The notes: a model not told the origin generated them from the letters alone. DNA of 64,000 nt from an uncultured Alphaproteobacteria bacterium (GCA_944389135.1 CALXLG010000002.1:24362-88361), one strand, 5' to 3'. Positions 7,358 through 19,100 are shown, counted from the stretch's first letter. Translations and numbers: made by a program.

Positions 7358-10075
7358 TTAAAACATCATACTGCCCTTTATACTGCCGGAATAATTATTA
7401 TATCCCTGGCGCATTGAAACATCTGCCCCGACTTGCACCTCATAAACACCGCCCCAACCTATTTTCAACTTCACGCCTCCGTTTGCTTGCCAGCGCGGCA
7501 ACCTTTCAGATTGTATATAATATTCAGCATCCCCTAACTTCACATTTAAATCGTCGACATCTGCATGCAAGTCATAAGACCCACCAAAATCTATAACAGG
7601 GGTTATACTAATGTTATTATCCAGCCAAAAGCTATGAGCAAATGAAACACCCGCATAAGTAGTTAAAAAGTTCAAATCTGCAGATGATATTTCTTGTCCG
7701 GCAGTATCTGTTGATGGATTTCTATGTATAAACGTATACCTAGTGCCAAATGTCGGTAACATTTCCCAATTATAAAAAGGCGTTTTATAACCTATCTCGG
7801 ACCATAGGCCAGTTGTATACAACCCCATACTATCAAACAACTGAATACCTGCCACGTTTTTAGTTTCATCCAAATCTGTATAGAAAGAACTGGCTGTTGT
7901 ATTCCATATAAAACCACCGTTTTCATATTTTGCATATATTCCACCACCATAAGTTGGTGCATGCATTGTTCTGGCCCAGCTTTTTAATCTGTCATATTGA
8001 TAAGTATATGCTATACCCAAATTCCAATTATCTAAATCGCATTCTGCACCAAGCCCAAAACCATAACCGTATATATCAAAGTTCGCATAATATTTATCTT
8101 CTTTAAGCCTGCCGCCACTGCCAATTGTAGCTGCCCACAAAGCGCCATTTTCTACTGAGTATTCTTGACGTCCTGCAGAATCAAGAGACAATAAATTATC
8201 AAATCTTTCCACATATGATGTACCTAATATCTGCATAAGTGGGGCCGTAGACGGCGCCAACGCCGTTAACGCGTGAACATACCCCATTGCATCTAATTGA
8301 ACAAGCTCATTTAGTCTTTCATATACTTCATCCGCACTTGTATTATCACTACTTGGAACTTCTTGCCACGCAATTGCCGTGTTTTCATTGTTCTGGGTTC
8401 CGCCTGCATCTCTTATAACATCCAAAAACGTACTTTCTGGGATAACTTCATACCAACCGTCCCCAATTTTTAAAAATGCATATATATTATTATTAATTTC
8501 TGGCATAAAATTATCATTTATTGTTTGAGAACTTCTTAACAATTGCAAACGCAAGCTATCTTGACCGTCCATTGCAGAAGAATTAAGAACTATACTTAAT
8601 CTGGAATTATCAGAAATTGAAAAATTATCTGCTGTTAAATAACCATAAGTATTCGCATCTTGCACACTTAGGCCCAACACCGCACCAGATGAAAATGTTG
8701 CCGAATTAACAGATGCATTACTAAGCCCCAAATTCAATGTTGCCCCAGCAACTGTTAAATCTGTCGCTGAAAAGAATTTCCCGCTATTCCCAACACTAAC
8801 CGTACCACCTTCAATGTCTACCCTACCAGAAAATCCTGTCATATCTTCATTCAATACAATTTCACCATCTGCCGGCATAGTGGCAGATTCTAACTGATAT
8901 GGTCTATTAACAACAATTGAACCAGAACCCGTTATTCTATCATCAAATATAATTTCATGACCCGAACCAGCATTTAAATGTAAAATTTCTGTTGTATAAA
9001 TCGCATTTGATACACCACTTGACGTATTACCGCTAAATTCTATATTTTTATTTTGAGCTATCAAAAATAACGCATTTAAATTAAATATTGCCCCGCCACC
9101 ATCTGTTGCACTGTTATTACTAAAATTACTATCTATGATATACATATCATCCCAGTTATAAACAGCACCGCCATAAGTTGCGCTATTTCCAACAAAATCT
9201 GAATTATTTATAACAGCATACAAACCGTCTCCTACTATTCCATAATTACCTATTGCCCCACCTGTTACACCTGTATTATCTTGAAATAATGAATTGCTTA
9301 AATCCATCATACCAGTAGTATAAACAGCCCCCACATCTTGACTGCCTGTATTTCCTATAAAATATACATTGCTAAGTTTAGTATTATTAGAACTATATAT
9401 TGCCGCCCCACTTTGTGCACTATTAGAACTAAAGACGCTATTTGTAATAGTTAAATCACCGTCATTAAAAATAACACCCCCATAACGACTTGCAGAATTT
9501 TCTTGAAAATAACTGCCATCTATGACAGCACTTGTTCCGTACTGATTATATATCACACCACCATTACTTCTGGTTGCTGTATTATTTTGAAACGCACTGT
9601 TTAAAATATTTAAACTGCCTGCACTTGTCTGATAAACAACACTGCCGCCATATGCAGACGAATTATTACTAAATGCCGAATTTTGTATATCTACGACACC
9701 GCCTAAATTTGCAAAAACCGCCCCTTGCCCCGATTGATAAAAGCCATTAACAGAATTTTCTACTGTTGCAGTTTGATTAGATACAGTAAAATTACCCCCA
9801 TTTGTTAATGAAACTGTATAACCATTTGAAACTGTGAAACCGTTATAATTTTCGCCATTAAAATTATACCCACCACCATTTATTGTTGTATTCTGCGCCC
9901 CAGGAACACTTAAAAGACGCGAGGCTATCATATCTGCTGTAATATTTATATCGTTTGATGTTGTTGCTGTTTTATATAAATTATAAAAAGAACTAAAATC
10001 GTTTACGTCTGTGGCATAAACTGGTGAACTACACATCAACATAATATAAAATGAAGTTTTTCCAATGATGCGCAT
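7358..10075 (-). CDS. Pmp-repeat autotransporter (type V secretion; beta-helical passenger plus C-terminal beta-barrel)
   Basis: Signal peptide. More than 8 repeats of the FxxN...GGA[IV] Chlamydia-Pmp type (for example 'NSDFVGNSATYGGAVYN', 'DSNFSNNSATDGGGAIFN'). The ~280-aa C-terminal region is rich in Gly/Tyr/aromatic residues and ends in a terminal Phe. Confidence 0.8.
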   Translation of the reverse strand: MRIIGKTSFYIMLMCSSPVYATDVNDFSSFYNLYKTATTSNDINITADMIASRLLSVPGAQNTTINGGGYNFNGENYNGFTVSNGYTVSLTNGGNFTVSNQTATVENSVNGFYQSGQGAVFANLGGVVDIQNSAFSNNSSAYGGSVVYQTSAGSLNILNSAFQNNTATRSNGGVIYNQYGTSAVIDGSYFQENSASRYGGVIFNDGDLTITNSVFSSNSAQSGAAIYSSNNTKLSNVYFIGNTGSQDVGAVYTTGMMDLSNSLFQDNTGVTGGAIGNYGIVGDGLYAVINNSDFVGNSATYGGAVYNWDDMYIIDSNFSNNSATDGGGAIFNLNALFLIAQNKNIEFSGNTSSGVSNAIYTTEILHLNAGSGHEIIFDDRITGSGSIVVNRPYQLESATMPADGEIVLNEDMTGFSGRVDIEGGTVSVGNSGKFFSATDLTVAGATLNLGLSNASVNSATFSSGAVLGLSVQDANTYGYLTADNFSISDNSRLSIVLNSSAMDGQDSLRLQLLRSSQTINDNFMPEINNNIYAFLKIGDGWYEVIPESTFLDVIRDAGGTQNNENTAIAWQEVPSSDNTSADEVYERLNELVQLDAMGYVHALTALAPSTAPLMQILGTSYVERFDNLLSLDSAGRQEYSVENGALWAATIGSGGRLKEDKYYANFDIYGYGFGLGAECDLDNWNLGIAYTYQYDRLKSWARTMHAPTYGGGIYAKYENGGFIWNTTASSFYTDLDETKNVAGIQLFDSMGLYTTGLWSEIGYKTPFYNWEMLPTFGTRYTFIHRNPSTDTAGQEISSADLNFLTTYAGVSFAHSFWLDNNISITPVIDFGGSYDLHADVDDLNVKLGDAEYYIQSERLPRWQANGGVKLKIGWGGVYEVQVGADVSMRQGYNNYSGSIKGSMMF

Positions 10076-10095
10076 TCTATCTCTCCCTTAGAAAA

Positions 10096-10130
10096 CACAT
10101 ATAAAAAAATCGCCGAAAAAATCGGCGATA
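10096..10130. terminator. Bidirectional terminator hairpin between plsX and the autotransporter
   Basis: 'aaaaaaatcgccgaaaaaatcggcgat', a GC stem flanked by A/T tracts. Confidence 0.55.
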
Positions 10131-10162
10131 TCAATATTAATGATTTCCTAAAAGGCAAGATT

Positions 10163-11230
10163 TTATTCTTCTGTTGCGTTTATTTCTTCACGAATTTTTT
10201 CAACAGCCTGCGCCCTTTCTTTTATCACACTATTCAAATCCGCCCCAGTTAAATCCGCAGCATACTTAATAGAATTTGCAAACGCCAGCGCATCACTATT
10301 CCCATGTGTTTTAACTGCGAACCCCTTTAAGCCTAAGAACGTTGCACCCGCATAAGAACGAGGGTCTATTTTATTTTTCAATCTTTTAAACACGTGTACC
10401 AAGAAAAAAGCACCAATAATTGCTAAAATAGATTTCTTTAAGTTATCCACCAAAACACGCTTTATAAGTTTTGCTGTTCCCTCGACAGTTTTTAACACGA
10501 TATTACCAGTAAAACCGTCTGTGACAACAACCTGCACATTTCCACCACCAATATCATTACCCTCTACAAAACCGATATATTCATATGGTAATTCATCTTT
10601 ATGCGCACTTAATAACTTATTAAGCTTTTGCAGTGTTTCGTTACCTTTTGTATCTTCTTCCCCAATATTTAACACACCAACCTTTGGGCGAGGCATTTTA
10701 CCAATAACTTCTGCATAAACACTGCCAAGAATTGCAAAATCGAACAGTTCACGTTCACCACACTGCACATTTGCCCCAAGGTCTAATACAACCACACGAG
10801 AATCACCACCACCAGACGGTAGCATTGTTGTTATCGCAGGTCTTGAAATTCCATCAATTGTTTTAAGCGCCAGTTTTGATAAAGACATTAATATTCCTGT
10901 ATTACCAGCACTAACAACAGCGGCAGAATTTCCTTCACGTACGTCTTTTATTGCCATATACATAGAAGTATCCTGAGCATGACGAATAACATCACGAACT
11001 TTGTCTGTACCTTTTATTGCATTAGGTGCATGGATAAGTTCACAATTACGGGCAACACGTGGATACTTAGAAAGCAACTTACGTAATTTTTTTTCATCCC
11101 CAAATAGGCGAAAAAATACTTTGTCTTCCCCGTTCTGATACAAGAATTGGTTCATGCCGCCCAAAACAGCGTTTGGACCTTTATCACCACCCATTGCATC
11201 AATTGATATGATTTTCTTTTCTGTTGGCAT
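10163..11230 (-). CDS. plsX: Phosphate acyltransferase PlsX
   Basis: 'ISIDAMGGDKGP' N-terminus. Full-length, 355 aa. Confidence 0.9.
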   Translation of the reverse strand: MPTEKKIISIDAMGGDKGPNAVLGGMNQFLYQNGEDKVFFRLFGDEKKLRKLLSKYPRVARNCELIHAPNAIKGTDKVRDVIRHAQDTSMYMAIKDVREGNSAAVVSAGNTGILMSLSKLALKTIDGISRPAITTMLPSGGGDSRVVVLDLGANVQCGERELFDFAILGSVYAEVIGKMPRPKVGVLNIGEEDTKGNETLQKLNKLLSAHKDELPYEYIGFVEGNDIGGGNVQVVVTDGFTGNIVLKTVEGTAKLIKRVLVDNLKKSILAIIGAFFLVHVFKRLKNKIDPRSYAGATFLGLKGFAVKTHGNSDALAFANSIKYAADLTGADLNSVIKERAQAVEKIREEINATEE

Positions 11231-11292
11231 AGTACACTAAAAAAGCAGAAAGGTACTTTCGTACCGATTTCTGCCCTTATATCTTTTAATAA

Positions 11293-11442
11293 TTATTTTG
11301 CACCACATGCAGGGCATACATGATGCGGACGTTTCTTTTCACCGCATGATTTACATACGCTGCAAGGCATTATTGACAAAGCGTCATGTGAACGACGTTG
11401 TGCTGTACGTGCTTTACTTGTTTTACTTTTTGGCGTTGCCAT
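11293..11442 (-). CDS. rpmF: 50S ribosomal protein L32
   Basis: Absent from the ORF track. I translated it manually as MATPKSKTSKARTAQRRSHDALSIMPCSVCKSCGEKKRPHHVCPACGAK (49 aa). It lies upstream of plsX, as in the conserved rpmF-plsX arrangement. Confidence 0.85.
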   Translation of the reverse strand: MATPKSKTSKARTAQRRSHDALSIMPCSVCKSCGEKKRPHHVCPACGAK

Positions 11443-11506
11443 TTTACTATCCTTTTATTTACAGTTTGATATTTTATTAAAATCTTATTGTTTTGCAAGA
11501 AAAACT

Positions 11507-11905
11507 TTAATCTGATATAACCTTTGCTACAAACATGCCATGATTATGCATTAACCCTATTACCGCACTGTGGTCATCAAGCCCCATATAGAACTTATAC
11601 CCCTGTTTTTCTAAATCAACTATTGTTGCCAATTTGAAATCTGCGGTCGTACCAGGATAATCATGCGCTTTACAAAATATCAGCTTTTTTATATCAGGCA
11701 GCAAAGCATTTATATGGTCTTCAACCTTTTTCTGCCCCATTGCCCAACGCCCTGTGATAAAAACAATTGTAAAATCTTTACCCAAAGTTTCCAAAACGCG
11801 TATCATGTTTTCATTTGGCTCACCAAATCTATCATAATTAGCAATTGCAAACTTTTTATTTACAACACCGTCTATATCACAAAAAATTGCTGGTATTTCT
11901 TTCAT
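11507..11905 (-). CDS. HAD-superfamily hydrolase (small, 132 aa)
   Basis: 'FCDIDGVV' DxDG motif I, and 'VFITGR' motif. Confidence 0.6.
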   Translation of the reverse strand: MKEIPAIFCDIDGVVNKKFAIANYDRFGEPNENMIRVLETLGKDFTIVFITGRWAMGQKKVEDHINALLPDIKKLIFCKAHDYPGTTADFKLATIVDLEKQGYKFYMGLDDHSAVIGLMHNHGMFVAKVISD

Positions 11906-11924
11906 ATTAGCGTTTAAAACGCCT

Positions 11925-11965
11925 GGTTAACCAGTCTTATACTAGCTTACCAGGCGTCTATTTTT
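11925..11965 (-). terminator. rpoC terminator
   Basis: Inverted repeat 'acgcctggttaa...ttaccaggcgt' followed by a T-tract on the minus strand. Confidence 0.5.
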
Positions 11966-11972
11966 ACCTAGT

Positions 11973-14900
11973 TTATATATCTAACAATTGTTGATGTGCA
12001 TTACCTTCACGTGCAAGCTTTTCTGCTTTTTCTTCTTCTTTCGCAATTTCACGAACACGACGAACATATGCACCTGTTCCAATTGGTATCAAACGACCAA
12101 CAATTAAGTTTTCATTAATACCAACCAACTTATCTGTTGCACCGCTAATTGCAGCATCTACTAATACTTTCGTAGTTTGCTGGAACGATGCGTTAGATAT
12201 AAATGAACGACTTGTCAAAGAAGCACGCGTCAAACCAACCAATACCTGAGAAGCAACAGCTGGTTTTCCACCATCATGCGCGACACGTGCATTTTCTTCT
12301 TCAAAATCAACACGATCAACAACCTGCCCCATCAAGAATCCAGTATCACCTGGGTTTGTGATTTCAACACGACGAGTCATTTCACGTATCAAAATTTCAA
12401 TATGCTTGTCGTTAATTACCACGCCTTGCAGACGATAAACTTGCTGTATTTGTTCTACCATAAATGTAGCCAACGCTTTTTGCCCCAATATACGCAAGAT
12501 ATCTTGTGGTACAGGATCACCGTCAACCAACTTATCTGCCTTTCTGACAACATCACCACTGCGAACCAACAAGTTTGTACCCTTTGGAACAGCATATTCA
12601 ACAGGTGCTGTGCCATCGTCAGGAACAATACGAACAAGAATCTTTGACTTTGCGTCTTCTAATTCAATCGTACCATCAATTTCAGCAAGCAATGCTGGGT
12701 TTGCAGGACGACGAACTTCTAACAATTCGTTAACGCGTGGCAAACCACCAGTAATATCGCTTGTACGTTTTGATTGAACAGGTATTCTTGCTAACACGTC
12801 GCCAGCAACAACTTTGTCGCCGTTGGCAACATTCAAGATAGAATACATTGGCAATAAGTATTCAGCAATCTTTTTACCACCCAAAGAAATTATTTCACCC
12901 TTTTCATTTACCAACGTAATTGCAGGATTCAATGCTTTCTTTGTATTTGTCTTCCAATTAATAACTTTACGTGAAACAATACCCGTCATAGAATCAACTT
13001 CTTCTTGATAAGATACGTTTTCAATCAAGTCATTAAATTGAACAATACCGTCTTTTTCCGCAATGATTGTATTTGAATATGGGTCCCATTCTGCAACCTT
13101 TGCGCCCTTTTCAACCTTATCACCATCGTTAACAATCAACATAGAAGCATATGGCAAATTACTTGAGAACAGCTTTTCACCTTTATCATCAACAACAGCC
13201 AATTCGCCGTTTCTTGATAATACAACTATACGACCAGCCGAGTTCTTAATTGTATTAACACCGGTCAATTTGATTGTACCTGAAACAGGAACTTCGATAA
13301 AGTGACTTTCTGCACCACCTGCCGCAACACCACCAATATGGAAGGTACGTAGCGTCAACTGAGTACCAGGTTCACCAATTGACTGACCTGCGATAACACC
13401 AACGGCTTCACCAACATGAACCAGCGCATTACGTGACAAGTCCATACCATAACATTTTGCACACAAACCGTCACTGCAACATGTAAGAACACTGCGAACA
13501 TCAACACTTGGCAACCCTGATTCATTTATCTTCTTTGCCGCAGTCTTTGTAATCAGTTCACCTGCAGGAACGATAACTTCTTTCGTTATTGGATGAATTA
13601 TATCATGTGCAGCTGTACGTCCTAAAACAACATCACCCAGCGCAACAGACAATGTACTGCCTTGATAAACAGGTTTCGCAGTAATGTATTCTGTTGTACC
13701 ACAATCATGTTCCGTAATAACTGTATTCTGAGCCAATTCAACCAAACGACGTGTCAAATAACCAGCGTCAGCAGTTTTCAAAGCCGTATCCGACATACCT
13801 TTACGTGCACCGTGGGTTGACGTAAAGTATTCAGACATGGTCAAACCTTCCTTAAAGTTCGATATAATTGGAACTTCAATAATTGAACCGTCTGGTTTCT
13901 GCATCATACCACGCATACCCGCCAACTGCTGAATCTGACGTTTGGAACCACGTGCACCAGATAACGCCATCATCAAAACTGAATTCCAGTTATCACCAGT
14001 TGTCTTACCAAGTGCCGCATAGGCTAAATCACCCAGTTTATCGGTTGTTTTCTGCCACAAGTCAATTAACTTATTGTGTCTTTCACCACCAGATAACAAA
14101 CCGTTCTGATACTGTTCTTCAATTTCTTCTGCCGCTTTTTCAGATTCTGCAATCAAATCTTTCTTTTCTTCTGGAATTACAATGTCGTCGAAACCAATTG
14201 AGATTCCACTGCGTGCAGCTTGTTCAAAACCAGTATCTTTCAAAGCGTCCGCCAAAAGAATTGTTGCTTTATCACCACAACGTTCATAAGTAGTTGCAAG
14301 CAAAGCTTTTATTTCTTTTACCGGCATTACTTTATTTACCAAATCAAATGGCATATCATCAGATTTTGGTAACAATTCACCCAAAATCATACGACCTGCT
14401 GTTGTCTTGTATATCTTGCCGTTAATACGCGCAAAAATTGGTGTATGTAAAGTAATTGTCTTGTTTTCCAAAGCCAACTTCACTTCGTCCATATTTGCAA
14501 AACGTGGTGATTTTTCTGTATGTTCGCCATTTATCAAAGATATATAGTAAACACCTAAAACCATGTCTTGTGATGGCACAATCATAGGTTCACCGTTTGC
14601 AGGTGACAGAACGTTATTAGAAGACAACATCAATGTACGTGCTTCTAATTGTGCTTCCAAGGAAATTGGAACGTGCACAGACATCTGGTCACCGTCAAAG
14701 TCAGCATTAAATCCTTTACATACCAACGGATGCAAACGAATAGCTTTACCTTCAATCAATACAGGTTCAAATGCCAACAAAGACAATCTATGCAATGAAG
14801 GTGCACGGTTTAACAATACAGGATGTTGGTAAATTACTTTTTCCAAGATTTCCCAAACAATGTCTTCACCGTTTTCAACCATCTTGCGGGCTGTCTTTAA

Positions 14901-16082
14901 AGTATTAGCATAATCACCTGCTAACAATCTTGCATAAACGAATGGTTTGAATAATTCCAAAGCCATTGTTTTCGGCAACCCAACCTGATGCAATTTTAAT
15001 GATGGTCCTGATACAATTACAGAACGTCCAGAATAATCAACACGTTTACCCAGCAAATTCATACGGAAACGTCCTGATTTTCCACTTAAAGAATCTGACA
15101 AAGACTTCAGCGGACGACGGTTCTGTGAAACCATTGGGCGCGCTTTGTGTCCATTATCAAACAATGAATCTACAGCTTCCTGTAACATACGTTTTTCATT
15201 ACGTACGATAATTTCAGGTGCATGCATTTCAATAAATCTTTTCAAACGGTTATTACGTATAATAACACGACGATACAAATCATTTAAGTCCGATGCCGCA
15301 ACATGTCCTGCATCTAATGTAACCAATGGACGCATATCCGGTGGTATTACAGGAATAATATCAGGCAACATCCACGCAGGTTCTGTCTTAGAATCTAAGA
15401 AAGCTTCAACTAACTTTAACTGTTTGATTAAAGCTTTACGTTTTGCATCTGATTTTGTTTCTGATATTTCAGCACGTAAACGTGTACGTTCATCACCCAT
15501 ATCCAAATTAGCAATTATGCTTCTGATTCCTTCTGCACCGATACCAACATGGAAAGCATCTGCACCAAATTCTTCAACTGCGTTTTGGTATTCATCTTCG
15601 CTGATTACATCATATTGTTTCAAGTTTGTTAAACCTGGTTCAATAACAATGTATGCATCATAAGAAATAACTTGTTCCAATTTCTTTTGTGGCAAGTTAT
15701 TTAACAAAGTTGCAATTTTACCTTCGCGCAAGAACCATGTATGTGCAACAGGCATAGCTAATTTAATATGCCCCATACGTTCACGACGAACAGTAGAAGA
15801 ACCAACTTCTACACCGCAACGTTCACAAACAACGCCACGGAATTTAATTCTTTTATATTTACCGCAAGCACATTCGTAATCTTTAACAGGCCCGAAGATT
15901 TGCTGACAGAACAATCCTTCTGGTTCTGGTTTCAAAGAGTGATAGTTAATAGTTTCTGGCTTTTTAACTTCGCCATGTGACCAAGAAAGAATTTCTTCTG
16001 GTGATGCAATAGTTATGCGCAATGCATCAAATTGTTCCTTGGTTTCAATTTGTCCGAATATCTTCTGCAACATATTGGTCAT
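11973..16082 (-). CDS. rpoC: DNA-directed RNA polymerase subunit beta' (RpoC)
   Basis: 1369 aa with the conserved 'NADFDGDQM' active site and zinc-binding Cys. Confidence 0.95.
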   Translation of the reverse strand: MTNMLQKIFGQIETKEQFDALRITIASPEEILSWSHGEVKKPETINYHSLKPEPEGLFCQQIFGPVKDYECACGKYKRIKFRGVVCERCGVEVGSSTVRRERMGHIKLAMPVAHTWFLREGKIATLLNNLPQKKLEQVISYDAYIVIEPGLTNLKQYDVISEDEYQNAVEEFGADAFHVGIGAEGIRSIIANLDMGDERTRLRAEISETKSDAKRKALIKQLKLVEAFLDSKTEPAWMLPDIIPVIPPDMRPLVTLDAGHVAASDLNDLYRRVIIRNNRLKRFIEMHAPEIIVRNEKRMLQEAVDSLFDNGHKARPMVSQNRRPLKSLSDSLSGKSGRFRMNLLGKRVDYSGRSVIVSGPSLKLHQVGLPKTMALELFKPFVYARLLAGDYANTLKTARKMVENGEDIVWEILEKVIYQHPVLLNRAPSLHRLSLLAFEPVLIEGKAIRLHPLVCKGFNADFDGDQMSVHVPISLEAQLEARTLMLSSNNVLSPANGEPMIVPSQDMVLGVYYISLINGEHTEKSPRFANMDEVKLALENKTITLHTPIFARINGKIYKTTAGRMILGELLPKSDDMPFDLVNKVMPVKEIKALLATTYERCGDKATILLADALKDTGFEQAARSGISIGFDDIVIPEEKKDLIAESEKAAEEIEEQYQNGLLSGGERHNKLIDLWQKTTDKLGDLAYAALGKTTGDNWNSVLMMALSGARGSKRQIQQLAGMRGMMQKPDGSIIEVPIISNFKEGLTMSEYFTSTHGARKGMSDTALKTADAGYLTRRLVELAQNTVITEHDCGTTEYITAKPVYQGSTLSVALGDVVLGRTAAHDIIHPITKEVIVPAGELITKTAAKKINESGLPSVDVRSVLTCCSDGLCAKCYGMDLSRNALVHVGEAVGVIAGQSIGEPGTQLTLRTFHIGGVAAGGAESHFIEVPVSGTIKLTGVNTIKNSAGRIVVLSRNGELAVVDDKGEKLFSSNLPYASMLIVNDGDKVEKGAKVAEWDPYSNTIIAEKDGIVQFNDLIENVSYQEEVDSMTGIVSRKVINWKTNTKKALNPAITLVNEKGEIISLGGKKIAEYLLPMYSILNVANGDKVVAGDVLARIPVQSKRTSDITGGLPRVNELLEVRRPANPALLAEIDGTIELEDAKSKILVRIVPDDGTAPVEYAVPKGTNLLVRSGDVVRKADKLVDGDPVPQDILRILGQKALATFMVEQIQQVYRLQGVVINDKHIEILIREMTRRVEITNPGDTGFLMGQVVDRVDFEEENARVAHDGGKPAVASQVLVGLTRASLTSRSFISNASFQQTTKVLVDAAISGATDKLVGINENLIVGRLIPIGTGAYVRRVREIAKEEEKAEKLAREGNAHQQLLDI

Positions 16083-16115
16083 GTATTTTGCTCCTTTCAG
16101 TCGCTAAAAGTACTG

Positions 16116-16160
16116 CGTGGCTGGGGCATTACCGTTTCCGGTAATGCACTGCCCCGCCAC
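16116..16160 (-). promoter_or_regulatory. Long hairpin in the rpoB-rpoC intergenic region
   Basis: 'gtggctggggcattaccg tttc cggtaatgcactgccccgccac', an ~18-bp imperfect stem immediately after the rpoB stop. Confidence 0.4.
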
Positions 16161-19100
16161 TTAATCTATTTTCTTTGGCGTCATTGCCAAGCCTAAACCA
16201 CGTAATTCGCGAACTAATACGTTAAAGGCTTCTGGTGTTCCCGTCTGGATATCATTACTACCCGATATAATTGATTCATACATTTTTGTACGACCTGTTA
16301 TATCGTCTGATTTTACAGTCAACATTTCGCGCAGTAAGTGGGCGGCACCATGTGCTTCTAATGCCCAAACTTCCATTTCACCCAAACGCTGACCACCCAT
16401 ATGAGCCTTACCAGACAACGGTTGCTGCGTTACCAAAGAATAATTACCAATTGAACGTGCGTGAATCTTTTCATCAACAAAGTGATGCAACTTCAGCATG
16501 TACATTACACCAACCGTAACAGGTCTTGCGAATTTCTCGCCTGTCATACCGTCGTACAACGTGAACTGACCTGATTCTGGCAATTTGGCCAATTTCAACA
16601 TAGAACGAATGTCTTCTGGTGTCGCACCGTCAAATGTTGGTGTTGCCATTGGTACACCGTCTTTCAACAATGCCGCTTCTGCACGAACATCCGTATCTGT
16701 CATCTTTTCTAACTTATCAGCAACTTCTTTGCCGTAAACTTTACCCATAATTGTACGCAAGTCATCTGTAACGGCGCGTTTCTGTTTTACTTCTTCCAGA
16801 ACTTCGCCAATCTGCTGACCTAACGTACGTGCCGCCATACCAAGGTGCGTTTCTAATATCTGACCGATATTCATACGACTTGGCACACCAAGCGGATTTA
16901 ATACGATATCTACAGGTGTACCATCTTCCATATATGGCATATCTTCAATTGGTACTACCTTAGAAACGATACCCTTGTTACCGTGACGTCCTGCCATCTT
17001 ATCACCAGGTTGCAGTTTCATCTTATGAGCAATGTAAACTTTTACTTCTTTCAAAACGCCCGCATTCAACGAATTGCTTTCTGTTACTTTTGCAACTTCT
17101 GCATCTGCTTTCTCATTCAAAAGCTTTAATTTAGCAACATGTTGTTCACGCAATTCATCAATCTTTGCCTGCGCTTCTTTGTTGCGTACAACCAGCTTCT
17201 TTACATCTGATGGTTTAATGCCTTCAAACACTTCTTCTGTCAGTTTCTTACCAACAAAAGGTTTCAAGCTGCCTGTGCCCGCATCAATAATTTGCCCTTC
17301 TGCAATCTGAAATACCTGATCAGCAAAACCTTTTTCAATGATAGAAGTTTCTTCTTCACGGTCTTTGTTAATCTTTTCAATCTTTTGCAGTTCTATCATC
17401 TGCGTACGTTCGTCTTTCTTTACGCCATGACGCGTCAGAACGTTAACGCCAATAACAGTACCTTCTTCGTTTGGTCCTACACGCAAAGAAGTATCTTTTA
17501 CGTTCAAAGCCTTTTCACCAAAGATATTACGTAAAAGTGCTTCTTCTGGTGTTAATAAAGTTTCTGATTTTGGTGAAACACGTCCTACCAAAATATCACC
17601 TTGTTTAACACGAGCCCCAACATATATGATACCTGATTCGTCCAAATTCTTTAACGCTTCTTCACTTACATTTGGAATATCGCGTGTAAAGCTTTCTGGC
17701 CCTAATTGTGTATCACGAACTTTGAATTCTTTCTCAACGATTTTAATAGATGTAAATACATCATCACGAGAAATACGTTCTGATATAACAATAGAGTCTT
17801 CGTAGTTATAACCACGCCATGGAACGAATGCAACTAGAACATTGCGACCCAAAGCCAATTCACCATAGTTCATCGCAGAACCGTCCGCAATTATATCACC
17901 TGCTGAAACACGATCCCCAACTTTTACCAATGGTTTTTGATGTATCAATGTTTCACTGTTACTACGTTCAAATTTTTCCAGATTGTAAATATCAACACCT
18001 GTCACAACATTACGGCTGTTCATACATTTTACAACGATACGGTTTGCATCAACAGATTCAACAACACCACTGTGCTTTGCAACCTTACCTGTTCTGGAAT
18101 CACGCGCAACCTCACGTTCAATACCAGTACCAACAAGTGGTGCCTGAACACGTAACAATGGAACTGCCTGACGTTGCATGTTTGAACCCATCAATGCACG
18201 GTTCGCGTCGTCATTTTCAACGAACGGTATCAAACCTGTTGCAATAGATACTACCTGACGTGGTTCAACGTCAATCAGGTCAATTTCTTCTTTTGGAACC
18301 ATTGTAAATTCACCGTCTACACGTGCCGTTACCATGTCTTCCGCCAATACACCTGTTGCTGTTGTAGGTGTATTTCCTTGGGCAATTTTATGTCCCAATT
18401 CTTCATCAGCAGTCAAGTATACCATTTTGTCAGTAATCTTGCTGTTTTCTACAACGTAATAAGGTGTTTCAATAAAGCCATATGGATTTACACGTGCGTA
18501 TGTCGCCAAGTGGTTAATCAAACCAATATTTGCACCTTCTGGTGTATGAATTGGGCAAAGTCTGCCATAGTGTGTTGGATGAACGTCTCGGACGTCAATA
18601 CCTGCACGATCACGATTCAAACCACCAGGACCCAACGCAGAAATCAAACGTTTATGTTCTACTTCTGTCAATGGGTTATAAGCTTCCATAAACTGAGATA
18701 ACTGAGATGTTCCCAAAAATTCTGAAATCAAAGACATTAATGGTTTTACATTGACAACATCTTGTGGTTGCATATTTGCAATGTTTGGTGAAGATAAGCT
18801 TTCACGAACCAAACGTTCAACACGCAACATACCTGTACGGAAATTCTGTTCTAATAATTCACCAACCGTACGTACACGACGATTAGATAAGTTATCAATA
18901 TCATCAACCGTATCTTTATGGTCTATGATATTTGTCAAAGTTTTCAAAACCGCCAAGAAATCAGACTTTGTTAACAAACGTTCGTCTTCTGGTTTTTTAC
19001 CAGAATCTATTTTCAAACGCTTGTTCATCTTAAAGCGACCAACTGCAGACAAATCATAATATGATGCATCAAAACCCTGACGCATAAATAAATTAATTGC

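Noticed and set aside
11298-11480. 60-aa + strand ORF between plsX and the HAD gene
   Set aside because: It is antisense to the clearly recognisable rpmF (L32) coding sequence on the minus strand.
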